Shown: positions 18,201-25,916 of the stretch, piece after piece | How positions within the stretch are numbered: the first letter of the stretch is position 1 | Layout of the letters: each line of letters opens with the position of its first letter | Origin: Fibrobacterales bacterium | GTDB lineage: Bacteria; Fibrobacterota; Fibrobacteria; Fibrobacterales; JAOPTW01 | Direction of reading: 5' to 3' | Assembly (NCBI GenBank): GCA_051532055.1 | Contig: JAOPTX010000054.1 | Coordinates: forward strand, 1-27,250 | DNA: 27,250 bases | Translations under genes and position numbers: made by a program | The notes under the pieces: generated by a model | Told to the model about the DNA's origin: nothing | The model's database searches: none | Seen by the model: the letters and a program-made list of their open reading frames with translations, nothing else

Positions 18201-19061
18201 ACCATTTCTGGTGACACACTTCAAGTGATAGATCATGCCGGTTCAGGCGATACTGTAACTGCTCGAGCTGAAGAAGGATACTCTTTTAACTATTGGAAAA
18301 ATAGTACGGGTGATTCAGTATCTATAGAGAACCCTTTACCCCTTGAGTCCATTATTAATCCGGATACGCTTATAGCTACTTATACCATTAATAGCTACAC
18401 CCTTGATCATTCTGTTGGCTCAGGCACCGGAACTATTACGGTAGATAAGTCAGTAGCCAACCATGGTGATTCAGTTACCTTTACCGTTACTACTGCTCTG
18501 GGATATCTACTCGATTCTGCTCTCGTAAATGGGGTTATTATCCCCCTTGATGTGACCGTTGATCCTGGTGTGTATGTCAAAACTATTTCGGTTCAGCAAG
18601 CCGTAATGTTGACGATCTACTTTTCTGAGCTTCCCCTGAGTTCAAGTTCGTATAACTCATCTGCCGTGAGTTCCGCTGAGTCTCGATCATCTTTTCAAAG
18701 CTCTGAAGCGTTGATATCAAGTAGTCTACTCAGTTCCAGTAATATTCCGGATGGGGCGTCACTCAGTTCTTCAAGCGAACCTATAGTTCTTTCATCTAGT
18801 AATGACATGGTGGTTGTAAGCTCTTCAACTACAATTGCGCCGATATATGAAACTAAACGATTAAGAGGTGCAGCCTCAGCACAACTCATTAATATGGTGG
18901 ATGGATCTAATCAATTAAACATACCAGAACATGCACGTTCATATACCCTTTACTCGATACATGGAGTAGTGCTCTATAGAGGAGGAGTGATTGAAAGTGA
19001 CGCGCTTGTTTTACCTGAAAATGTATCCCGTGGATTAATGCTTATTAGGTTTAGTGAGTAG
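15258..19061 (+). CDS. Large secreted GLUG-motif/beta-solenoid protein with InlB B-repeat-like domains, Ser-rich linker and T9SS-like C-terminal tail
   Basis: 1267 aa; GAGGA RBS and signal peptide. Two homologous modules (DIDA...PIG...FTGSFDGxG..I...GFFGY plus VGGLIG repeats, each ending W...ID...RPY). About six TAxPxxGYxFxxW-type repeats. Tail YTLYSIHGVVLYRG...RGLMLIRF. Confidence 0.88.
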   Translation: MLHLSKLHFSMFALMATTLFSYYNPDPDDWVDGTGGTVMTIADLQWLSDHSDVWDEDWVLGADIDAATSASWNSSTGIDPIGNAGTHFTGSFDGQGFTISNVTIDRSGKDTLGFFGYTDGAAITNLNLKDVIITGDYVLGGLIGYSNYSQIVNNTVSATLTGITSGNYGRVGGLIGSSNWSTVRYNRTTGTVTGNRYVGGVAGIAKESTVEMNYSLSIVSGVLFAGGLLGSSEGTVVQNNFSTGAIVVTDRDVGGLIGYCTNSTINKNYAAGEVIHAGSNYGGFIGENASSSSEISENYYDSEGANTTTGVGYGNEVGMVFGKTTLEFAAQSTFVDWDFDSVWELGVNPAIDAHTRPYFQTHKKDYFVSVYAITSLGGTLQGAGSHNSGDMVTLTAVPDYGYRFVEWKKSGVVVSTDSSYTFAFTDSHDITIMGLFTEDPQFDGGEGTSNNPYQISSIIQLKKLSNLPNLWDKHFVLVDDIDASETAIWVDDTNAVVGFRPIGEQDYSINEVRVPFTGSFDGAGHVIKDLFISQPNKHETGFFGYVEGGTLINIGFENAHITGGFYVGGLVGLIKDGSIQSSYSTGTFVSESGYSVGGLIGTAITSTITDCYSVSTVSDATRTGGFIGFNYGSSLSNSYSVGQVSSIVANSFVGSFAGMNSSYRSPGADNAIITFSYVDSIIEKSLTIASQNESADVRQLTTAEFLVNDSFPNFNFNDTWQIGTIADIDGEARPYLQWQLNGYDVAFTVAEYGTIFGATTQNIQEGNDAGSVTARANEGCYFVQWLDSDGANVTYDTTLSLTNIQESATFSAQFNTTYNKVTFYADTQSSITGIDSQHVNYGSDASPVEATLNEGYEFVAWLDSSGAVISEDNPVTISTVKEYTRLYASTQLIHSTVTFVAGDHGSVDVISITNIRYGAGTDSVTASPETGYQFDGWFTDGSILLSNENKFAFESIFYDSTITALFSIKQYTMLIQSESNGTISGDTLQVIDHAGSGDTVTARAEEGYSFNYWKNSTGDSVSIENPLPLESIINPDTLIATYTINSYTLDHSVGSGTGTITVDKSVANHGDSVTFTVTTALGYLLDSALVNGVIIPLDVTVDPGVYVKTISVQQAVMLTIYFSELPLSSSSYNSSAVSSAESRSSFQSSEALISSSLLSSSNIPDGASLSSSSEPIVLSSSNDMVVVSSSTTIAPIYETKRLRGAASAQLINMVDGSNQLNIPEHARSYTLYSIHGVVLYRGGVIESDALVLPENVSRGLMLIRFSE

Positions 19062-19194
19062 ATGTTGATTGAATGGCCGATCTCTCCCCTCTTGAGTGCT
19101 TAGCTGATCAAAGCCGAATTATTTCATCATAGTTCTTGACTTGACTGTCAGGAAGGATCATGAGATAACCGATTCCTTAATCAGCTTTTGCATA

Positions 19195-19338
19195 CTAATT
19201 TGATGATGAACTCGGAGCCTCTTCCCGGTCACAAGGTGTTTTCATGTCAAATTCTCTGCATACACTATACCCATCCCCACACCCTATAACAGCAGTGGTA
19301 AGGAGTAATAGTGTCATTGAACCCATAATCATTTTCAT
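19195..19338 (-). CDS. 47-aa micro-lipoprotein MKMIMGSMTLLLLTTAVIGCGDGYSVCREFDMKTPCDREEAPSSSSN
   Basis: 3' part of the 117-aa track ORF. The start is placed at 19338 because AAAAGGA lies just upstream and a signal peptide with lipobox VIG-C follows. Paralogous to 12493-12651. Confidence 0.8.
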   Translation of the reverse strand: MKMIMGSMTLLLLTTAVIGCGDGYSVCREFDMKTPCDREEAPSSSSN

Positions 19339-19549
19339 AGTTTTTTTCCTTTTGAAATAGTGATGACCCCAAAATACAACGAGTCGGGTAAGCAGGGTAC
19401 TGAGAATTAAATATTTTACGCAACGATGACATAGCAAGCAAAGTATCAATGAAGAGTAGAATAGAGTTGATGTCGATTGAGTTGAGCGGAGGTGAGTAAT
19501 GTATGCTTGGAGAACATGATTGCCCAATGGAGCAATTTTACTAAACAAA

Positions 19550-21322
19550 TCACAGAGACATTTTGAATTCCAAAATCAATTCCTTGGCCTGTCTGGACCC
19601 AAAGCTCCCTGGGTTGTTTTCGATGTAGCGATCGAGCAGTTCTATCGCTTGAGGTTTTTTGCCAAGTTTTTCCATCGAAGAGGCGATTTCTTTGTAGAAA
19701 GGAAAGTATCCTGGAGAGAGCTTCCTTCCTGTTTGATAAAGGGCTATGGACTTCTGATAGTCTTTCTCCTGAAAATGATAAAAGGTTCCAAGATAGAGGT
19801 ACCCATCTCTATCATCCGGATACAGTTCGATTATCATCTGGTATTTTAACTTTGTCCTTTTCAGATCCCCTACAGCCCAAGCTATATTACCTTGATAAAT
19901 AAGCGCTTCTTTACTGAACCCGGTTATTTTATTTTCAAAACTGAGAGTCTTTTTTAAATACTTTTCCTGCCTAGCCTCATCCCCATTAAAATAGCTGGCG
20001 CACATAATACCTGAATAGGCCATTGCAAAACTCGTATCCAAAGTAATCGCTTCTTCGTAATTCTGAATAGCCAGATCAAATTCACCAGACATGATGTAAT
20101 TATGCGCCTGGAGGAACTTTCCGTAAGCCTCTATATTATTGGTGGTTAAATCACCAAAACTGAAATTCTTTTCTTCGGGGAGCTTTATGTTGTAAGCCTT
20201 GGATATCACCGTATAAAAATCGGACGTCAGTGCCTGAACCCCTTCTTTAAGTATCGATTCTATAGAAGAACTGGAATAGCTAAATGTTTTAAGCAATTTC
20301 TGTTCGCGTATGTCATAGAGAATTATGTTGACTTTGTAGGAATCTATTAACTTGGTTATGTCTCCTGTTATAACCAATGCACCTCCCAGAGATTTTGCCA
20401 CTGTATTGAGTAACCGATAATCCTGAGTTACATTTTTATTTCTTACGCCTGTCCTTTCCAGTTCATCTGCCACTCTGACCGGACTGATCATATGAACTTT
20501 TGGCCAATTGTAAAATTTCTCTGTAATGGAGTTCGCAATCATATCACCAATGGGGGCTTTAATTGTTGTATCTCCCAGGCTATTAGACACACTTAAAATC
20601 ACAAGACCAGGCCGCTTTACTTTATTTGATGCGATACTCCCTGTATTGAAAATACCGATCTCCCCTCCTGAAAAGGATAAAAAAGCCACCACTATTCCAA
20701 CTAAAAGAATCAACACACCTGCAATAACCGGAACCCTATTTGCTTTATTAATGCCGGCTTCTTTTTTTTCGGGTGTTTCTTTAGACGGGTGCTTAATTTT
20801 AACCGAAGGGTCCCAGAGTACATTAAACACTTCGATAGGGTAACTAATGTTTTTTAAATCCTGAATACCGACACTTTGAAATTTAAATTCACTGTTACTC
20901 TGGACGATATTGTACACCTGCTCTGATACAAAAATGTGGCCAGGCAGTGCTTTGGATTCAAGCCTTTGAGCAATATTTACCCCATCACCAAAATAATCTT
21001 TATCCTTTTCAATAACATCACCCAGATGTATCCCTATTCTAATTTCAAATATTGTACCTGCATCCAGAGTACTATTTCTTTTTTTGAATTGTGACTGGGC
21101 TTCTGCGGCGCTTTTAATAGCGTCAGTAACACTTTCAAATTCTACCATGTACGCATCACCAATAGTCTTAATCACTATTCCTTGATTTTCATGGATTGCT
21201 GAGTCCATTATGGCGTTGTGTTCCTGAAGCAGATTCAATGCCAAATTTTCATCCGTGTTCATCAGTCGGCTGTAGCCAACAATATCGGTAAACATGATTA
21301 TTTTGAGGTGCTTTTTATTCAT
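19550..21322 (-). CDS. Class III adenylate/guanylate cyclase domain protein with one TM helix and C-terminal TPR repeats
   Basis: IMFTDIVGYS, KTIGDAYM, IRIGIHLGDV and DYFGDGVNIAQRLE cyclase motifs; TM segment VPVIAGVLILLVGIVVAFLSF; TPR-like AIQNYEEAITLDTSFAMAY. Confidence 0.93.
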   Translation of the reverse strand: MNKKHLKIIMFTDIVGYSRLMNTDENLALNLLQEHNAIMDSAIHENQGIVIKTIGDAYMVEFESVTDAIKSAAEAQSQFKKRNSTLDAGTIFEIRIGIHLGDVIEKDKDYFGDGVNIAQRLESKALPGHIFVSEQVYNIVQSNSEFKFQSVGIQDLKNISYPIEVFNVLWDPSVKIKHPSKETPEKKEAGINKANRVPVIAGVLILLVGIVVAFLSFSGGEIGIFNTGSIASNKVKRPGLVILSVSNSLGDTTIKAPIGDMIANSITEKFYNWPKVHMISPVRVADELERTGVRNKNVTQDYRLLNTVAKSLGGALVITGDITKLIDSYKVNIILYDIREQKLLKTFSYSSSSIESILKEGVQALTSDFYTVISKAYNIKLPEEKNFSFGDLTTNNIEAYGKFLQAHNYIMSGEFDLAIQNYEEAITLDTSFAMAYSGIMCASYFNGDEARQEKYLKKTLSFENKITGFSKEALIYQGNIAWAVGDLKRTKLKYQMIIELYPDDRDGYLYLGTFYHFQEKDYQKSIALYQTGRKLSPGYFPFYKEIASSMEKLGKKPQAIELLDRYIENNPGSFGSRQAKELILEFKMSL

Positions 21323-21514
21323 TTGTTATAGAGGCTCCAGTTGTCAGGTCGAAGGTCTTCTATCTTACTATTCTAAGAGCGGTAAAGCAATGTATTCATT
21401 TTTAGACATCATCAAAAACCCTCTTTACGCGACATAAAAGCCCTATTCCGGTATTTCAAGGGTGTATTTTCTACAAATGGTATCGCTGCGGTATTACTTA
21501 AGAGGGGTTTTGTA

Positions 21515-21709
21515 TCAATCTTCCCATGTGTCACTGGTATCTTTTTTGATTACATCCATTCGGGTCAATGCTTCAGTAAAAAGTTCATTTTTCTTATTCC
21601 GTATAACATCTGAATCAACTTTATTCATGGTTATGTTTCCATTCTCGAAATTACTCAATATGTCTAATCCTGCTTTGATATCGGCTAGTGTATAGTCTCT
21701 CATGTTCAT
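21515..21709 (-). CDS. Small acidic hypothetical protein (64 aa)
   Basis: ATG with AGGT upstream; protein-like composition; occupies an otherwise empty intergenic interval. Confidence 0.55.
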   Translation of the reverse strand: MNMRDYTLADIKAGLDILSNFENGNITMNKVDSDVIRNKKNELFTEALTRMDVIKKDTSDTWED

Positions 21710-22044
21710 TATAGCAACCTAGTTCAATAAAACGATTCTCCTCAGTGTATCATAACTTATCAATAAGGTCTATGAGAAAGAATGGTACATCAGTTTAATT
21801 CAAGCCAGATACTGAGATACCGGCCTAAAACAGTGCCTCTTCGCCAACTCTGTTGCTCAGGCAAAATAAAGCACCATGACTTTATTTTATTATCTATTCC
21901 CCATTTTAAGGGAAAATAAACAGGTGCACTAGACTATTGAATACCATACATATTTTCTAACTTTGACATGCGTTTCCTTTAAGCTCAACCAAGAGCACAT
22001 ACGAGGAACAATGAATAAAAGATCTCACCCTTAGGCTTATATAT

Positions 22045-22581
22045 ATGCGACTGTTAAAAACTGCTTTTCATCCCGACGTATCTCCTACAGATATCTCTCC
22101 CGATAGTGATCTGACCCTTATTGAACGACATGCCTCGCGAGCCATTGTGGTTAAAAAAGACACCATTTTGTTGCTATTTACAGAGCGATATCATGACTAT
22201 AGTTTACCTGGTGGCGGAATTGATGAAGGCGAAGATGAAGTTGCAGGACTGATACGTGAACTACAAGAAGAGACCGGCGCACGAGGCATACGTAATATCA
22301 AAGAGTTTGCACGATACGATGAATACCGACCATGGTATAAACCAAATGCGGATATAATTCATATGATGTCGTATTGCTATGTGTGTGATATTGATGATGA
22401 GTTAGGCGAAACCGCTCATGAATCACATGAAGTACAAAATGTCATGACACCGGTGTGGATGAATATTCATGAAGCTATTGCGCACAATGAAGAAGTTATT
22501 GCTACGAGTGACAAGAAGGGGCTTTCGATTGAGAGAGAGACCTTTTTATTGAAGGTTATTGCGCGGGAGTTGGTTCTATAG
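22045..22581 (+). CDS. NUDIX hydrolase
   Basis: Nudix box GGIDEGEDEVAGLIRELQEETG (GX5EX7REUXEEXG). Confidence 0.95.
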   Translation: MRLLKTAFHPDVSPTDISPDSDLTLIERHASRAIVVKKDTILLLFTERYHDYSLPGGGIDEGEDEVAGLIRELQEETGARGIRNIKEFARYDEYRPWYKPNADIIHMMSYCYVCDIDDELGETAHESHEVQNVMTPVWMNIHEAIAHNEEVIATSDKKGLSIERETFLLKVIARELVL

Positions 22582-22715
22582 TTTAAGCGTCATAGTCCTC
22601 CCCCCAAAAATCCATAACGATTTTACACCGCTTTAGAAAAAGTTCTGATAGAAACTTTAATTTTCATGATTATAATATTACATTGCGTCTTTTAATTTAA
22701 TAAGAGATAAATCTA

Positions 22716-23369
22716 GTGAAAAATATCAAAAACAAATTATTAACTATTTCAATTATTACCATCACAGCTATGGCTTTAACTAATTGTGCAAATATGTCAT
22801 CCCTACAAACCGCTAAAACACTTGATCCAGGAAAGGGAAGATTAATTGCAGGTGGTGGATATTACACAAGCCCAGAAATTAATGAAATAGTTGACTCACT
22901 TACAACATCAGAAGAACTCGCATTTCCCTATCTTGAAATTGCATATCGTCGTGGAATTGTCGAAAATTTTGATATGGGACTTAAGTTAACACTTATTGGT
23001 ACTATGTTTTTAGACGGTAAGTATCAGTTAATTGACTCAGAAAGTTATGCTATAGCAACTGGTGCAGGGGTTGGATACGTATCGATTGAAAGCGGGTCAG
23101 GTGACTTTAAAACAAAAACAGATATCTATGATATTCAAGTTCCAGTATATGCAAGTTACCATTTAGGGGACTATGTTGCTGTTTATGCAACTCCAAAATA
23201 TAATCTACGAATTTTTGGTGGCGATGGTTCTGGCGCATCATCGATGGTTGGATCAACTGCCGGACTAAAAATTGGTAAAGATGCAGGTATATTTGTAGAG
23301 GCGACCTATATGACGGATGTATCTGATGACTTTTCACTAATGCAGTTTAATGGATCTGTATTTTTCTAG
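22716..23369 (+). CDS. Putative outer-membrane beta-barrel lipoprotein
   Basis: GTG start; lipobox LTN-C; alternating hydrophobic beta-strand pattern; C-terminal Phe (FNGSVFF). Confidence 0.75.
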   Translation: MKNIKNKLLTISIITITAMALTNCANMSSLQTAKTLDPGKGRLIAGGGYYTSPEINEIVDSLTTSEELAFPYLEIAYRRGIVENFDMGLKLTLIGTMFLDGKYQLIDSESYAIATGAGVGYVSIESGSGDFKTKTDIYDIQVPVYASYHLGDYVAVYATPKYNLRIFGGDGSGASSMVGSTAGLKIGKDAGIFVEATYMTDVSDDFSLMQFNGSVFF

Positions 23370-23416
23370 ACTTTTCTTTATTTAAACGGTTAGCCAAGTC
23401 TACACCAAATTTATTT

Positions 23417-23450
23417 AAAAATCCATCGGCAACACCGGTGGATTTTTTTT
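23417..23450 (+). terminator. Intrinsic terminator
   Basis: AAAAATCCATCGG-caaca-CCGGTGGATTTTTTTT: hairpin with one U-G pair and an 8-T tail, ~48 nt after the stop. Confidence 0.85.
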
Positions 23451-24028
23451 ATCTAAAGTGTTGATACGCAAGGGAGCACCATTGGAGTGGCGCGTCAGTA
23501 AAATAACTGTTACTCTCTATTTAGCAGCACAGGCGTTCATCAGGAGGATAATTCCTGATAGTATGATTACATTGATGTTTGGTAAGTGTTTAAGGTATTA
23601 CAATCCGTAGAGGCATCAATTTTGAATATTTATAAATGGCATAGCTTAATGGAGAAACACCACACTATCAAACGGCACGATAACCCCCTTGAGCGCACCT
23701 CTCATATTTGTTTTAGGGACCCCTAGCAGACCGTTACGACCATCTTTCTTGTCTGGGTAGCCTTTCCAAAGTTCGTTCCTCTATTAAATTCAGTCGTGAT
23801 CTTAAGTTTGCTGTCGACAAAAAATCATTCGTAAAAAAGGAACACTTCGACTTACTAAGTATTTCTTTAAATAACCCTTCAGTGCACCAAATGCTCTAGG
23901 GCCATTTGTTCTTCGCATGAAGTTTGATAAGGAGCATAGAAAATGTTTTTATGTAACGTTGAAATAACTTCCTGTTCTTAATGAGTATACTCTATAAGAA
24001 CTCGTTGGAAAACCTTCCGTATATTTAT

Positions 24029-24062
24029 AAAAAAAGGCTGCCTCAAATGTTTGAGACAGCCT
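24029..24062 (-). terminator. Intrinsic terminator of the metallophosphoesterase gene
   Basis: Minus strand reads AGGCTGTCTCAAA-ca-TTTGAGGCAGCC-TTTTTTT. Confidence 0.88.
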
Positions 24063-24095
24063 GTGAGAATTTAAAATTGTTGAATCAATCTACTA

Positions 24096-25373
24096 TTATT
24101 TTGTCATTTGATAATCCATATCAAATCGAGAATTACCGTCTTCTTCAAATTCATTACGGATGGGTGAATAGGTATAAGCCTCTATCTTATTATCATGCGG
24201 TTTGAAAACGTAATAGCGAGTGTTGGCAGTTGCGTGATATTTAACATCGCCTTCTCTACACCAGTCACCATCACCAGGTCCATCACCCTGGTAGTCAGAC
24301 ATTAGTTGATAATAGACACCACCGTGAAAATTATCCAGGGTAACATTTGATTCGCGACTACAATGATGCCCACCGAGGAGCATATACACGTTTGCATGCT
24401 CTTTTGCTAACTGGTTTGCTTTATCGTAATACGGATCGTGATTTATAATGATAGCCCGTTTATCTGCATGAGTATCAAGTATCGATTTTGCCCACTGCTG
24501 TACATCATCACCATACCCATATCTCAGGTGAATAATAATGAAATTCATTCCTGCTCCAGTGAAAAACTGATAATTATTTTTAATCGTTCCATCAGGGTAA
24601 CCCCCACCCCACCAAGGATAAATACTATAGCGATCAAGAGTAAAGTATTTATGCATTTGATCTAAACTCCCATAATCCATACCGTCAGCCCATGCGCCAG
24701 CCCAATCATCGGTATCATGGTTTCCTGGAGCAAGTCCATATGGCATATCAGCGTCTTCAAATACTTTCATCTCTTCTGATGCAAATGCCCATTCTTCTTC
24801 ATATGCTCCATTTTCAACGATATCGCCAAGATGGGTTACAAATTTTATATTGAGTGCATCTTTTTGTGACACAATCCAAGCCATTTGCTGTTTAAAATGG
24901 TCTCTAGTATGCCTGAAACCTATAAGCATATATTGAGTATCTGGAATAGCCACGAGAGTAAATGCCTCGTCATTCATAGCTGTATTGTCGGGATTACTTA
25001 CGACGGCTTCACTGGAAGAGAGTATCTTCTCTGATGAAGAAATTTCGACATTCTCACTGGAACTACTTACCTGCTCCACACTACTCACCACATTTTCAGA
25101 ACTAGAACGGGTGAGCGTATCCTGGGCTTCACTACTCACTACATCGACTACTTTGCTGGAACTTTCAGGCTCCGACCCTACGCCAGGCTCTGAAGACCTC
25201 TCTTCTGAACTCATTAAATCTTCTGAAGACAGCTCCTGAACATTACTGCTCGAATCACCATTCCCCTCTAAACTACTTGACTCCGATATTTCTGTCCCTA
25301 TAGTATCTTCATTACCACATCCTGATATTACCAATGCTAGAAATAACAGTATGAAAAATTGATTTATGCGCAT
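24096..25373 (-). CDS. Calcineurin-like metallophosphoesterase lipoprotein with Ser/Glu-rich linker
   Basis: Lipobox ISG-C; motifs PDTQ, HLGDIV, PGNHD, IINH and GGHH. Confidence 0.9.
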   Translation of the reverse strand: MRINQFFILLFLALVISGCGNEDTIGTEISESSSLEGNGDSSSNVQELSSEDLMSSEERSSEPGVGSEPESSSKVVDVVSSEAQDTLTRSSSENVVSSVEQVSSSSENVEISSSEKILSSSEAVVSNPDNTAMNDEAFTLVAIPDTQYMLIGFRHTRDHFKQQMAWIVSQKDALNIKFVTHLGDIVENGAYEEEWAFASEEMKVFEDADMPYGLAPGNHDTDDWAGAWADGMDYGSLDQMHKYFTLDRYSIYPWWGGGYPDGTIKNNYQFFTGAGMNFIIIHLRYGYGDDVQQWAKSILDTHADKRAIIINHDPYYDKANQLAKEHANVYMLLGGHHCSRESNVTLDNFHGGVYYQLMSDYQGDGPGDGDWCREGDVKYHATANTRYYVFKPHDNKIEAYTYSPIRNEFEEDGNSRFDMDYQMTK

Positions 25374-25763
25374 ACAAGCCCTCTTTTAAATGCTACTCAC
25401 TTTTATCACATGCATATCTAACCCCGCTCTTTTTTTGCGGAAACATTCCCTTTTACAGAAATTATGACATATGTATGTGTTACATCCATAATTCTGAAGA
25501 ATACACCCTTGATAAGGGTTTTCCTACGATCGTTTGATTTTGATATTCATGTCCCACTATACAATGTAGATTAGAAAAAACGCATATGTTGTAGTTTTTT
25601 CTAATTTTCGATTAAACTCTTACACGCTGCCGGCTATGTTTGCGTTTATTGAACAATTTGCGTTTCAGGCTATATATTCAACCACCTAAGACGAGAGTGT
25701 TCAGCACAAATTTATTACCAACGGCCTTGTAGAGCAGAAAAAAATAACTGGTTAGCATGATAC

Positions 25764-25793
25764 AAAAAAACACCCACCCATGGACGGGTGGTG
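25764..25793 (-). terminator. Probable intrinsic terminator of the TonB-dependent receptor gene
   Basis: Minus strand reads CACCACCCG-tcca-TGGGTGGGTG-TTTTTTT. Confidence 0.7.
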
Positions 25794-25916
25794 CGACAAC
25801 CTAAATTCCATATACTCGATTTAATATCTAATTGTGCAACCTTACACATCAACAGTTTTTCGGGGGGATTACAATATCACATACTCTTTTTTGCTAATTA
25901 CTATTCATACTGAAAT

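Noticed and set aside
23451..24028. Pseudogene or ncRNA between the two terminators
   Set aside because: It contains ~55-codon stop-free stretches on both strands and an ATCAGGA/TCCTGAT hairpin, but no convincing start with RBS and no recognisable motif. Needs BLASTx and Rfam.
21456..25512. Shared 13-mer AATACACCCTTGA (21456-21468 minus strand; 25500-25512 plus strand)
   Set aside because: Several 13-bp matches are expected by chance in a window of this size, so it is not enough on its own.
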